DNA of 64,000 bases from Candidatus Aenigmatarchaeota archaeon (GCA_016432325.1 CP066684.1:224001-288000), one strand, 5' to 3'; shown: positions 9,619 to 19,458, counted from the stretch's first letter. The notes: generated by a model from the letters alone, not told the origin. Program-made: numbers and translations.

Positions 9619-10162
9619 ATTTGGTCAGGTCGGTGGCTGATATGGATTCTTTGTAGTTCCAATTCCTGAGGATTTCATCCAGAGCCCTTACGACTTCCGT
9701 ATCCACAACGCGGCCCATTCTTAATACGGGCGCATAGCGGTTGCTTACACTTGCGGATGGAAACTCCTTGCCGGCCTCTTCCATAAAATCTACTATCGGC
9801 TTGGTTGGTATGATTGTTGTGCCGTAAGTGTAGTCGCTCAGGCGGCGCGTTCGCGCACCACACCCCTTGAGGGCCTCGCGGGCTGTCATGTAGTCCGTGA
9901 CGTCTGACCACGGTCTGACATACTCCTTGCCTCCCGCCTTGAAAATCTTGCCTGTCAGCGCATACGCTGTGAATCCGTCTGCCTTTTCTTCGTTTGTAAT
10001 AAGGTACACTGGCTTCTCTGACGCCATACCCACTGTGACGACAGCTGCCGCCTCGAGAAGCATGCGCTGTGCCGCCGGCGCAACGAGAAGTTCGCCGTCA
10101 GGCGCTATTCGTTCGTCCTTCGGCACAAGCCATTTGGCGTCTTTTCCGCGCGCCTTCTTCAT
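9605..10162 (-). CDS. hypothetical protein
   Basis: 185-aa ORF, TTTAAA upstream. Confidence 0.55.
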   Translation of the reverse strand: MKKARGKDAKWLVPKDERIAPDGELLVAPAAQRMLLEAAAVVTVGMASEKPVYLITNEEKADGFTAYALTGKIFKAGGKEYVRPWSDVTDYMTAREALKGCGARTRRLSDYTYGTTIIPTKPIVDFMEEAGKEFPSASVSNRYAPVLRMGRVVDTEVVRALDEILRNWNYKESISATDLTKFKPS

Positions 10163-10194
10163 ACATTGTCATTTCTGGCAATCTTTAAATAGCG

Positions 10195-10476
10195 CTACAG
10201 CCAGCTCACGCGCGCCCCGCACTCACAAACTTTCTTGTCCGTCAGCGAACCACAGGAAGGGCACGAAGCGATGCGCACCGTCCGCACGTGGAACCTGCCT
10301 TTGAAGAATATTCTGGAGATTGCGTAAGCCGTTGCAAGCAGGCCTATGAGGGCCAGCCCGACGATTAACCCCGCTCCCAAAAGGGCAACCCCGAGAATGG
10401 CCAGAGCTACCAGACCAACGACGGACAATATTCTGTTCGCGGCGTCCTTGACTGCGCGCATGGATGGAATTGCCAT
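10195..10476 (-). CDS. small membrane protein with C-terminal Zn ribbon
   Basis: Two hydrophobic segments, CPSCG...CECG. Confidence 0.55.
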   Translation of the reverse strand: MAIPSMRAVKDAANRILSVVGLVALAILGVALLGAGLIVGLALIGLLATAYAISRIFFKGRFHVRTVRIASCPSCGSLTDKKVCECGARVSWL

Positions 10477-10520
10477 CTCAATCTTAAATAAGTTGCTGGT
10501 TCTTGACGTGTGGGCGTAAT

Positions 10521-10883
10521 ATGGCAAAGGACGATGCGAGGAAGCCGACTAGGACAAAAGACGTAATCTTCCACTTTGACCGCGGAGCCGTGCGCGGCGG
10601 GTTCGGCAACATGGTCTCCGCGCTGCCCCCGGAGCTCAGGGACGGCCACACGCCTCTTCTCGTGGACCGCTCCGGCTTCGGCGCCTACGTCGGTTCCTAC
10701 AGGCTGCCGGCCGCGCTGGTCGTCGAAACGAGGGAGAAGGCCGCAGGCCTCGAACCCCTGTTCGCACCCAATGGCATAGGACTCTACTATCTGGACTCGA
10801 AAGGCAACATAGTCTGTTACAGTAAGGCGTCCGCCCGGCCGGAAGAGACAAAGGAAAGAAAGCGCGTTCTGGGCCTGTTTTAA
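10521..10883 (+). CDS. hypothetical protein
   Basis: ORF after TTAAATA box. Confidence 0.5.
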   Translation: MAKDDARKPTRTKDVIFHFDRGAVRGGFGNMVSALPPELRDGHTPLLVDRSGFGAYVGSYRLPAALVVETREKAAGLEPLFAPNGIGLYYLDSKGNIVCYSKASARPEETKERKRVLGLF

Positions 10884-10907
10884 TAATAGAGCGCATGATA
10901 TAGTCTC

Positions 10908-11315
10908 ATGCAAGTCTTGCCGATGGTGTTCGTGCTGGTTATCGTGTCCGGTTGCGTCAACGGCGAGGACTTTCGCGCGGGCCTGAACGTTCTCATCGGC
11001 GCGCCTGAAGAGAAGGAAAACGTTGAACAGACAGTGGCCTGCCTGGGAGTCTCTTTCGACGTGAACTCCGCGAGATGGTCTGGTACAGAACTTGACGTAA
11101 CGGTTGAGAACACGGGAAGCGACGATTTGGAAGGTTTCACGATAATGGCGTCCTCGTCTCGAGGAACGGTCACGACAACCACGGATGAGTTCATCCCCGC
11201 GGGCGGGCTGGAAACAATCGCGGTCGTTACGAGCGACATGCCCGATAACGTAACGGTCTATCACACGCCGTGCCCCGATTATAGGAAGAGCACAACAACA
11301 ATTCTAGCGGAATAA
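10908..11315 (+). CDS. secreted lipoprotein with Ig/CARDB-like domain
   Basis: VSGC lipobox, VTVENTGS motif. Confidence 0.65.
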   Translation: MQVLPMVFVLVIVSGCVNGEDFRAGLNVLIGAPEEKENVEQTVACLGVSFDVNSARWSGTELDVTVENTGSDDLEGFTIMASSSRGTVTTTTDEFIPAGGLETIAVVTSDMPDNVTVYHTPCPDYRKSTTTILAE

Positions 11316-11487
11316 TGAAACAGCGGTTTCAACAGCCGCTTGCTAGCGGCATAACGGCAACCTGTAACTGAGGTTCCAGTAGCCGTTATTCTAGCGGCAT
11401 AACGGCATGCTCTCCTTGGCTCAGCTCTTTTTATCCCCCTGAGAATCTCGTGTTGCCCAAAGTGTGCATTTGAAACCGCGGTTTCAA
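11304..11487. repeat. direct repeats CTAGCGGCATAACGGCA plus TGAAAC-N4-GTTTCA palindromes
   Basis: Exact 17-mers at 11343 and 11391, degenerate copy at 11304; palindromes at 11316 and 11470. Confidence 0.7.
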
Positions 11488-11529
11488 TGGTCGCCTGTCA
11501 GCGGCAGGGTGTGTTATTGAGCGACAGAG

Positions 11530-12147
11530 GTGCCGGATATGAAAACATTGGTAATGGAAAACGGAAAGGTATGGGTGGGAGCGCCCAAACTCGAGCGCGT
11601 GATGGGAATAGAGCACGGTTTAATCGTGCTTCGCTCGCGCGACAAACGCCTGCTTCACAGGCTGGCCGCCACGGCGCTCCTGAAGAACCGTGACGCGGAC
11701 GCGAAGACGTTCTACCTCTACGCCGCGCCTGACTTCCTGAACGCGTACGCGGAGTTCATAACCAAGGCTTCACAGGACCTGGGAATAGACTGGGAGACGC
11801 TCATGCAAACCGCGCATTTTTCGAACTTTTCCACAGAAAGCCCGACAAAGATGGAGGAGCAGTGGATGCGCGTCGAAGAGAATGCCGAGGACACGAGGCT
11901 CGTCGTCCTGGATTCCGTGGGGTATCACGCCGGACGGGACGCGTATCTCGTGGACAGGCTAAACCGTCTCTGCTATTACAAGAATGCGATTGGACTGGTC
12001 CTTGATTCGTCTGAGGAGCCCAACCCGACACTTGAGCGGCTGGCGAGCGTTGTTGTTGACCTGAACGCACGGGACCATGGCGGCATAGAGGTTTTCCTCA
12101 GAAAGCATCCAAGGCTGCCGCAGACCATATTTTTGATGAGCGGTTAG
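11530..12147 (+). CDS. degenerate RecA/RadA-fold protein
   Basis: RLVVLDS Walker-B-like, C-terminal LRKHP; no Walker A. Confidence 0.5.
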   Translation: MPDMKTLVMENGKVWVGAPKLERVMGIEHGLIVLRSRDKRLLHRLAATALLKNRDADAKTFYLYAAPDFLNAYAEFITKASQDLGIDWETLMQTAHFSNFSTESPTKMEEQWMRVEENAEDTRLVVLDSVGYHAGRDAYLVDRLNRLCYYKNAIGLVLDSSEEPNPTLERLASVVVDLNARDHGGIEVFLRKHPRLPQTIFLMSG

Positions 12148-12455
12148 GCGTCAAAAGGAACGTAGCCGACGAAACGGCCTCCTTCGGGAAGCACCTCTCT
12201 TATCCTCTTTTTATGTTCTGCAAGAACGATCCCTCTCCTCACGATATGAGGGTGTATTTTCAATGGCGATTCCTTCAGAGCATCTGTAATGCCCGCCTCT
12301 ATAGTCTCGTATTCGACGGGCTTGGGATCTTTCGCGTATCGTTGCCTCACTATCTCGTCTACGTACTGCCAAACCGGCTTCTCTACGAAGTTTTTGCCGG
12401 GCACGCCTCTCCTGCTCATATCCCTGCCTTGCATCATGGCCTGTTTGGGCGGCAT
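12144..12455 (-). CDS. hypothetical protein
   Basis: ORF, possibly wHTH-like. Confidence 0.45.
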   Translation of the reverse strand: MPPKQAMMQGRDMSRRGVPGKNFVEKPVWQYVDEIVRQRYAKDPKPVEYETIEAGITDALKESPLKIHPHIVRRGIVLAEHKKRIREVLPEGGRFVGYVPFDA

Positions 12456-12481
12456 AACGATTTAAAGCACGGCTCCGCACA

Positions 12482-12697
12482 TTGGGCATGCCTTCCAAAG
12501 ACGATATCAAAAAGACGATTGAAGACCTGAGAGGAATTCTGCAGCGCAACATCCCCGATGATGACAAGAGCGTATTGCGCGGAGTGATCGACTCGCTGGA
12601 GGACTTTCTCAAGATACCGTATGACGAAGAAGGCTCTCCGTTCCAGCAGAAGAAGCATTACGGAACGATTTACAAGAAGAGAGTTGGTAAAATATAA
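12482..12697 (+). CDS. small hypothetical protein
   Basis: ORF upstream of lipA. Confidence 0.5.
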   Translation: MGMPSKDDIKKTIEDLRGILQRNIPDDDKSVLRGVIDSLEDFLKIPYDEEGSPFQQKKHYGTIYKKRVGKI

Positions 12698-12733
12698 CAC
12701 GACTATTTTAACAGGCTCGACCAACTCTTACGC

Positions 12734-13621
12734 ATGCTCGCATCCCGCGGCAAGCCCGACTGGCTCAAGATACGCGCGCCTACTGATACTAAGAAGTTCG
12801 ACCACATAAAGTCCACGTTAAGAAAGCACGGTTTGCACACCGTTTGTGAAGAGTCCCACTGCCCGAACGTGCCGGACTGCTGGGCGAACGAAGGAACGGC
12901 CACGTTCATGGTTCTCGGCGACGAGTGCACGCGAGGATGCAAGTTCTGCAACGTCAAGACACGCTGGTCGGCGAAGCCGCCGGACGCCGACGAACCTCAA
13001 AAACTGGCGCGCGCGGTTGCAGAAATCGGGCTGGACTATATCGTGATAACGAGTGTCGATCGCGACGACCTCAAAGACCAGGGCTCTGCGCATTTCGCCG
13101 CGTGCATCCGCGCCGTCAAGGCGCTCGCACCAGAGATGCTCGTCGAGGTCCTGACGCCTGATTTCCGCGGCGATAGGGAATGCATAAGAACCGTGGTGGA
13201 AGCGAACCCGAATGTCTATGCGCATAACATCGAAACCGTCAGAAGGCTGCAGAGTACGGCACGCGATAAGCGCGCCGGCTACGAACAGTCGCTTGGCGTA
13301 CTGCGCTACATCAAAGACCTCAATCCGAAAATCTATACAAAATCCTCGATAATCGTGGGCTTCGGCGAAACTCAGGAAGAAGTTCTTCAAACCATGGACG
13401 ACCTGCGCGCGTCGCGCGTCGACATCCTGACTATCGGCCAGTACCTGAGACCGAGTGAGTGGCACTTGCCCGTAACGGAATACGTCAAGCCCGAAGTCTT
13501 CGAACTCTACAAGCAGGAGGCTCTGAGGAGGGGCTTCCTGTTCGTTGCCGCGGGACCGTTCGTCCGTTCTTCATACAAGGCAGGCGAGCTGTTCATAAAG
13601 CATGCGCTGCAAAAAGCATAA
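12734..13621 (+). CDS. lipA: lipoyl synthase
   Basis: KPDWLK, CEESHCPNVPDC, CTRGCKFC, RSSY. Confidence 0.97.
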   Translation: MLASRGKPDWLKIRAPTDTKKFDHIKSTLRKHGLHTVCEESHCPNVPDCWANEGTATFMVLGDECTRGCKFCNVKTRWSAKPPDADEPQKLARAVAEIGLDYIVITSVDRDDLKDQGSAHFAACIRAVKALAPEMLVEVLTPDFRGDRECIRTVVEANPNVYAHNIETVRRLQSTARDKRAGYEQSLGVLRYIKDLNPKIYTKSSIIVGFGETQEEVLQTMDDLRASRVDILTIGQYLRPSEWHLPVTEYVKPEVFELYKQEALRRGFLFVAAGPFVRSSYKAGELFIKHALQKA

Positions 13622-13651
13622 CTTTATTACGACGAACGGCGTTCTCTTTCA

Positions 13652-13858
13652 ATGATGGTAGAGTTGGGCGTACTTGTGAAAGGCTACAAAGATCCTGCGA
13701 AAGGCACGCTTCTGGAAACACATGGATGCGGTTGCAACAGGTGGGAAGCCGGACGAGGATTCTGTCACGAACATTGGACCGGCGGCTATTTCGCGGGGTT
13801 AGAAGACGCGGAACACAAAAGGACGGACCTCCGCGTCACGCGGGTCGGCGGTCTGTGA
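13652..13858 (+). CDS. small hypothetical protein
   Basis: Cys/His-rich short ORF. Confidence 0.35.
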   Translation: MMVELGVLVKGYKDPAKGTLLETHGCGCNRWEAGRGFCHEHWTGGYFAGLEDAEHKRTDLRVTRVGGL

Positions 13859-13881
13859 ACGACTCCTGACGAAGAGTCGCC

Positions 13882-14175
13882 TTGAAATATCTTATATCAC
13901 ATAAACAGTCCATGTCTTGGTACGTCATGGTCGTCAACAACGGCGGCACCTACGCCACGCTCATGGGGGCGGACGACAGGTTCTACGAAGGTCTGAGGAA
14001 GCGCACAGAAGCCAGCGGGACAGAGGTGATGGGCGCGCGGACCGGTGTTCCGGATTCGCATATAGACGAACTCGGCCACGAGTGCAACACGATTGTGAAG
14101 CGTCTCGAGGACGGCGAGCACGTGGACGTGGCAAGCGAACTGGCTCGTTTCGATGTCGTAGAGCCGCTGTACTGA
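13882..14175 (+). CDS. hypothetical protein
   Basis: ORF; true start may be 13912. Confidence 0.5.
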   Translation: MKYLISHKQSMSWYVMVVNNGGTYATLMGADDRFYEGLRKRTEASGTEVMGARTGVPDSHIDELGHECNTIVKRLEDGEHVDVASELARFDVVEPLY

Positions 14176-14209
14176 GAACCTTTTTATTCCAGACAAAGGA
14201 ACTTGAGTT

Positions 14210-15304
14210 ATGCGCAAGACCCTCGCCAAGTTCTCGGTGGAATATCTCCAGATTCTCGACGAGAACGGACGCGCAGACGAGACGCTGATGCCTGTTCTGG
14301 GCGACGCGCGCGTGCGCGAGTTCTACGAGCAGATGGTCCGCGGACGAGTCTTCGATGAAACCGCGCTCGCGTTACAGCGCGAAGGGCGCATGGGAACGTA
14401 CGCTTCCATACGCGGACAGGAAGCTTCGAACGTCGGGCCCGCGCTCGCGATGGACAAGGAAGACTGGCTGTTCCCGGCTTTCCGCGAAGACGCTTCTATG
14501 GTAGCCCGCGGCGTGTCAATGGAAGCGTTGCTGCGCTACTGGGGCTGGGACGAGCGCGGCAATGACGTACGAGACGTCAACGTCTTCCCCGTGGCCGTTC
14601 CTGTCTCCACGCAGATACCGCACGCCGCGGGCTTCGCGTGGGCGATGAAACTCCGGAAGAAGCGCGTCGCGACGCTCGTCTACTTCGGAGACGGAGCCAC
14701 GAGCAAAGGCGACTTCGCCGAGGCGCTCAATCTTGCAGGTGTTTTCAATCTTCCTGTGGTATTCGTCTGTCAGAACAACCAATGGGCCATTTCCGTGCCG
14801 CGTGCCAAACAGTCGGCGGCCGAAACGCTGGCGCAGAAAGCAATAGCATACGGTTTTCCCGGAATCCAAGTCGACGGCAACGACGTCTTCGCGACGTACG
14901 TCGCAACCAAAGAGGCCATAAGACGCGCAAAAGAAGGCAACGGACCCACGCTGATAGAGTGTTTCACTTACCGAATGTCGGACCACACGACCGCGGACGA
15001 CGCCAAAAAATACCGGGACGCGAAACAGGTCGCGGAGTGGGAGAAGAAGGACCCCATAAAAAGGCTCCAACTCTACATGAAAGCGAAGGGTCTGTGGAGC
15101 GAAAGCTACGAGCGCGCTCTGCGAGAACAGACGCGCAAGGAAGTGGACGAGGCCGTCAAAAAGTACGAATCGATGCCTCCTGCGCAAATCGAGGATATGT
15201 TCCGATACACGTATGCGGAGATGACGCCGCAGCTTAAGGAACAGCTGGGCTATCTCAAGAAGAGCATCGAAGAGACGAAGAGTACGGGTGGTGCCAATCG
15301 CTAA
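14210..15304 (+). CDS. pdhA: 2-oxoacid (pyruvate) dehydrogenase E1 alpha
   Basis: GDGATSKGD...QNNQWAIS TPP motif, YRMSDHTTADD. Confidence 0.95.
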   Translation: MRKTLAKFSVEYLQILDENGRADETLMPVLGDARVREFYEQMVRGRVFDETALALQREGRMGTYASIRGQEASNVGPALAMDKEDWLFPAFREDASMVARGVSMEALLRYWGWDERGNDVRDVNVFPVAVPVSTQIPHAAGFAWAMKLRKKRVATLVYFGDGATSKGDFAEALNLAGVFNLPVVFVCQNNQWAISVPRAKQSAAETLAQKAIAYGFPGIQVDGNDVFATYVATKEAIRRAKEGNGPTLIECFTYRMSDHTTADDAKKYRDAKQVAEWEKKDPIKRLQLYMKAKGLWSESYERALREQTRKEVDEAVKKYESMPPAQIEDMFRYTYAEMTPQLKEQLGYLKKSIEETKSTGGANR

Positions 15305-16265
15305 ACTCACCATTGTCGAGGCAATCAACGCCGCGCTCAGGCAGGAGATGGAGCGCGACGCAAGCGTGGTCGTACTGGGCGAAGACGTGGGCCGAGATGG
15401 AGGCGTCTTCCGCGCCACAGACGGCCTCTGGGAGAAGTTCGGGGACGAGCGCGTAATCGATACGCCCTTGGCCGAGACGGGAATAATAGGCGCTTCGATA
15501 GGTCTCGCGTTGGGCGGCCTGAAGCCCGTGTGCGAAGCGCAGTTCGATGGGTTCGCTACTCCGATGCTCGACCAACTGATAAACCATGCGTCGCGCATCC
15601 GCTGGCGTTCGCGAGGCCGTTTCTCCTGCCCGCTCGTGTTGCGATTCCCGTACGGCGGAGGCATCCGTGCGTTAGAACACCATTCGGACTCGCCGGAAAC
15701 GTACTACGCGCATACACCGGGCCTGAAGGTCGTCGTTCCGTCAGGTCCTTACGACGCGAAGGGGTTGCTCGCTTCTGCTATACGCGACCCGGATCCAGTG
15801 ATATTCATGGAACCAAAGCGCGTCTATCGGGCAATACGCGAGGAGGTTCCTGAAGAAGAGTATACTGTACCGTTGGGACAAGCGCGCGTACTGCAAGAGG
15901 GCTCTGACGTAACGGTCATCGCGTGGGGCGCAATGGTTCGCGAGTGCAGAGAGGCTCTGGCGCTGACGTCTTACAGCATTGAGCTCATCGATCTGCGCAC
16001 GCTCTCGCCGATGGACACCAAGACGCTCGTTGAGTCCGTTAAGAAAACGGGACGCGCTGTTATCGTACAAGAAGCACCCCGCAACTGCAGCGTCTCTGCA
16101 GAAGTCGCGGCCGTGTTGAGCCGTGAGGCCTTCACGTCTCTGCGCGCGCCGATAAAACGCGTGACGGGTTTTGACACGGTGATACCCTATCCACGCATGG
16201 AAAACTATTATATTGCGGACGAGAAAAGGATTGCGAAGGAGATAGATAAAGTGATGAAATACTAG
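15288..16265 (+). CDS. pdhB: 2-oxoacid dehydrogenase E1 beta
   Basis: GEDVG..GGVFRAT, DTPLAE, EHHS, IDLRTL. Confidence 0.95.
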   Translation: MVPIAKLTIVEAINAALRQEMERDASVVVLGEDVGRDGGVFRATDGLWEKFGDERVIDTPLAETGIIGASIGLALGGLKPVCEAQFDGFATPMLDQLINHASRIRWRSRGRFSCPLVLRFPYGGGIRALEHHSDSPETYYAHTPGLKVVVPSGPYDAKGLLASAIRDPDPVIFMEPKRVYRAIREEVPEEEYTVPLGQARVLQEGSDVTVIAWGAMVRECREALALTSYSIELIDLRTLSPMDTKTLVESVKKTGRAVIVQEAPRNCSVSAEVAAVLSREAFTSLRAPIKRVTGFDTVIPYPRMENYYIADEKRIAKEIDKVMKY

Positions 16266-16267
16266 GT

Positions 16268-17593
16268 GTGGTTGTGGCGTACGAATTCAAATTTCCTGAC
16301 GTGGGCGAAGGCATTCACGAGGGCGAGCTAGTCAAGTGGCGCGTAAGCGAGGGCGCGCACGTGAACGAACACGACATAATCGCCGAGGTGGAAACGGACA
16401 AGGCCGTCGTGGAAGTTCCTTCTCCGCGTGCGGGCGTCATCGCAAAACTCAACTTCAAAGTCGGTGATACAATCAACGTTGGCGACGTGATGGTCGTCAT
16501 CGCAGAGGAAGGCGACGCGCCTGTCGCAAGACCGGCGCTGACGCCAACAGCGTCATGTTCCGTATGCGGGCGTACGTTCATCACGCGCGAGCAGTTGGAC
16601 GCGCACGTCAAGGAACGCCACGCCTCAGGAGAGAGGAAAGGCGGAGCGTTTGCCGTCGGCGAACTCGAGGAAGCTCCTGCCGAAGAGACGCGTGCCGCAG
16701 CGCCAAAGGCCGTTCCTTCCGGACCTCACGTGTTCGCCACTCCGGCGGTGCGCGCTCTCGCAAAAGAACTGGGAGTCGATATCGAACGCGTCGATGGTAC
16801 AGGTCCTGACGGGCGCGTCACGGAAGAAGATCTTCGGAAAGCCAAGGAGAGCGGTCCACGAGAAACGGCGGCCGGCCCGCGCGTGCAGTTCGAGAAGTAC
16901 GGACGCGTGCTGCGCGTGCAGATGAGCGCGACGCGCCGCGCGATAGCGCGCCACATGCTCGAAGCGTACGCGGCTCCGCATGTCGTGACAATGGACGACG
17001 CGGACGTCACAGCGCTGTGGGACGTGCGTGCAAAAGAAAAGCAGAAAGCCGAAGAGAAAGGCGTCAAGCTGACGTTCATGCCCTTCATAGTAAAGGCCTG
17101 TCTGGCCGCGCTCAAGAAGCATCCGCACTTCAACGCGTCTCTGGACGGCGATGAAATAGTGTTCAAGAAATACTACAACATGGGAATAGCGGTTCATACT
17201 AACGATGGTTTGATGGTTCCTGTAGTGAAAGACGTCGACAAGAAGACGGTGCTGGAAATCGCGAAAGAGATAGAGGAACTCGCGGAGCGTGCGAGAACGC
17301 GAACGATAACGCTCGAGGAGATGAAGGGCCAGTCGTTCACATTGACGAACTACGGCTCGATAGGCGGAACGTACGGCGTGCCGATGATAAACTCACCGGA
17401 TGTCGCGATACTCGGCATCGGGAGAATAGATGACAGGCCTGTGGCGCGCGACGGAAAGATAGAAGTACGCAAGATACTCCCGCTTTCACTATCGTTCGAC
17501 CATCGCGTAGTGGACGGCGCGCAGGCCGCATATTTCCTGCAGGAAATCATAGCGCATCTGGAGGATCCGAACCTGCTGATGATAGACGAATGA
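16268..17593 (+). CDS. pdhC: dihydrolipoamide acyltransferase E2
   Basis: ETDKA lipoyl site, PSBD (ATPAVRALA...GTGPDGRV), DHRVVDG. Confidence 0.95.
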   Translation: MVVAYEFKFPDVGEGIHEGELVKWRVSEGAHVNEHDIIAEVETDKAVVEVPSPRAGVIAKLNFKVGDTINVGDVMVVIAEEGDAPVARPALTPTASCSVCGRTFITREQLDAHVKERHASGERKGGAFAVGELEEAPAEETRAAAPKAVPSGPHVFATPAVRALAKELGVDIERVDGTGPDGRVTEEDLRKAKESGPRETAAGPRVQFEKYGRVLRVQMSATRRAIARHMLEAYAAPHVVTMDDADVTALWDVRAKEKQKAEEKGVKLTFMPFIVKACLAALKKHPHFNASLDGDEIVFKKYYNMGIAVHTNDGLMVPVVKDVDKKTVLEIAKEIEELAERARTRTITLEEMKGQSFTLTNYGSIGGTYGVPMINSPDVAILGIGRIDDRPVARDGKIEVRKILPLSLSFDHRVVDGAQAAYFLQEIIAHLEDPNLLMIDE

Positions 17594-18323
17594 GTTCTTT
17601 CGCAGAGATCGTTTGTGTTTCTACTCCAAAGACTTTCGCATAGCTTTCGGCAGCGCGTGCTTTGACGCCGTCCATCTCTATTTCATCGTCCGTTATTATT
17701 GAAAGGCTTGTCGCGCCTCCGAACTTGGAGGCTATCTCCAGCGCCAGCGCGTCGGGTTTCTTGCCCAGCCGCTCCGCAGGCGTGCCTTCCTTTCTGAAGC
17801 CGCACGCGTCAATCCAGTCGTACGCCGTTAGCTCGTTGCTGACGTCCAAATCGAAACCGTGCATAGAGACAGGCACCGCGCCTCCTGAAACGTAGACGCC
17901 CCGCGCCCCGAATTTGTAGTATTTCCCGTCGCGCCAGTACCAAAGTCCCCTGTACTTTATCACGTTTGTCTTCGCGTACGATATTGCGGTCTTATAAATC
18001 GTCTCCTCGAGGCCGATGATGTGCGCCTTCAAATCATCCACGAAACGTATGGAATAGCCGACGAGCTGGCCAGGCGCATGCACGGTAGGATAACCGCCGC
18101 GCTCGACCTCCCTGTAGACCGCGCCGCGTTTCTCCATCTCTCCCGGCGGTATTCTGAGCATGGAAGGGTCCGTGCGCTTTCCTGACGTAATGACCAGCGG
18201 ATGCTCGAGAAGGAGAAGAACGTCTTCTATCAGGCCGCGCTGCCTCATCGCAACGAGGCGCTTCTGCAACTCCCAGGCTGTGTCATAGTCTATGATTCCA
18301 AGGTCCGCAACGAGAACGGTCAA
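17547..18323 (-). CDS. lipB: lipoate-protein ligase B / octanoyltransferase
   Basis: LLLLEHP, RGG..TVHAPGQLVGY, HGF, ACG; probable TTG start at 18323. Confidence 0.85.
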   Translation of the reverse strand: MTVLVADLGIIDYDTAWELQKRLVAMRQRGLIEDVLLLLEHPLVITSGKRTDPSMLRIPPGEMEKRGAVYREVERGGYPTVHAPGQLVGYSIRFVDDLKAHIIGLEETIYKTAISYAKTNVIKYRGLWYWRDGKYYKFGARGVYVSGGAVPVSMHGFDLDVSNELTAYDWIDACGFRKEGTPAERLGKKPDALALEIASKFGGATSLSIITDDEIEMDGVKARAAESYAKVFGVETQTISAKELIRLSSAGSDPPDAL

Positions 18324-18384
18324 GGCGTGTCCCGATATACTATGCAGAAATGGCTTATTAAGGTTTGCCGGGCCATTCGCACGC

Positions 18385-19170
18385 ATGCCTTTGGTAGATA
18401 CGGAACAGCTGATGGAGTCGACGTACAGACAGATGGAGCTCTCGACCGAACGCATGCGCGAGAATTTGAAAGGCGTGCGTATAGTGGGCGTACACTCAGG
18501 CAAAGGCGGGGTCGGCAAGACGACGGTGGCTATAAACGTCGCGGTCCTTCTCGCGAAAAACAAACGCGTTGGCCTGCTCGATGCCGACATAGACTGTCCT
18601 AACGTGCCGAAGATGCTCGGAATAACAGGAACGCTCGCGACTGAAAACGGCCTCATACAGCCCGCCGAGAAGCACGGTATTAAGGTCGTTTCCACCGCGC
18701 TGATGCGCGCAGACGATACGAAACCTTTCATAATGCGCGGGCCGATGAAACATCACATTCTGATGCAGCTTCTCGCGCGCACAAACTGGGGGCCTCTCGA
18801 CGTTCTGGTAATAGACCTGCCGCCGGGCACGTCAGACGTTCCGCTCTCTGTGATGCAGCTGGTGCGCCCGGACGGCATCGTATGCGTCACGACCCCGCAG
18901 GATGTGGCTGTTCTTGACGCCAAGAAATCAATAAACATGGCCCGTTCGCTCGGCGTCCGCGTGCTCGGCATCGTGGAGAACATGTCAGGCGATGTGTTCG
19001 GCGCTGGCGGAGGCGAGCGCGCCGCGCGCGAGCTGGGCGTCACTTATATCGGTTCGGTCGCGTTGAACGGCGACATAGTAAAAGCATCCGAAAACGGAGC
19101 GCCTGCCGTGGAAGCGTCGCCGAAGGTCAGAAACGACTTCGAGAGAATTCTGGAAGCCGCGGCTCTCTGA
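18385..19170 (+). CDS. Mrp/NBP35 (ApbC) P-loop ATPase
   Basis: SGKGGVGKTT, LDADI, DLPPGTSD, TTPQ, VENMS. Confidence 0.9.
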   Translation: MPLVDTEQLMESTYRQMELSTERMRENLKGVRIVGVHSGKGGVGKTTVAINVAVLLAKNKRVGLLDADIDCPNVPKMLGITGTLATENGLIQPAEKHGIKVVSTALMRADDTKPFIMRGPMKHHILMQLLARTNWGPLDVLVIDLPPGTSDVPLSVMQLVRPDGIVCVTTPQDVAVLDAKKSINMARSLGVRVLGIVENMSGDVFGAGGGERAARELGVTYIGSVALNGDIVKASENGAPAVEASPKVRNDFERILEAAAL

Positions 19171-19182
19171 CCGCGTTTGACA

Positions 19183-19458
19183 CTAAGGAGCGAGAACCTG
19201 CCCTGTCTGCAAGTCGATGACCTTGATTACGTTAACGGGGCACGCCTGCGCGCCTGCCACTAGATTCTTCGGATCGTCAAGCTCCACCTCGACTGCCCAT
19301 ATCTCGTCCTGACCGTCCTTCTCTTCCTGTATCTTCTTCCCGTTCACCAAGTCGGCCTTGTTGTCGTCGTTCATCGTCCAGTTGTCACTGTCTATCGAGA
19401 CGCAGGAGAACGCTCCTATGCACTTGTTGCGGGTGTATTCGATTCTGTATCTGCCCAT
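19183..19458 (-). CDS. monocluster ferredoxin
   Basis: CIGAFSC...CPVNVI. Confidence 0.85.
   Translation of the reverse strand: MGRYRIEYTRNKCIGAFSCVSIDSDNWTMNDDNKADLVNGKKIQEEKDGQDEIWAVEVELDDPKNLVAGAQACPVNVIKVIDLQTGQVLAP

Noticed and set aside
11304-11407. CRISPR array
   Set aside because: Only 2-3 short (17 nt) repeats, irregular spacing, and no cas genes in the window
14516-15664. Long antisense ORFs (also 24344-25840, 26783-27817, 35576-36595, 40940-42229, 50625-51689)
   Set aside because: Shadows of well-supported opposite-strand genes in GC-rich DNA, with no recognisable motifs
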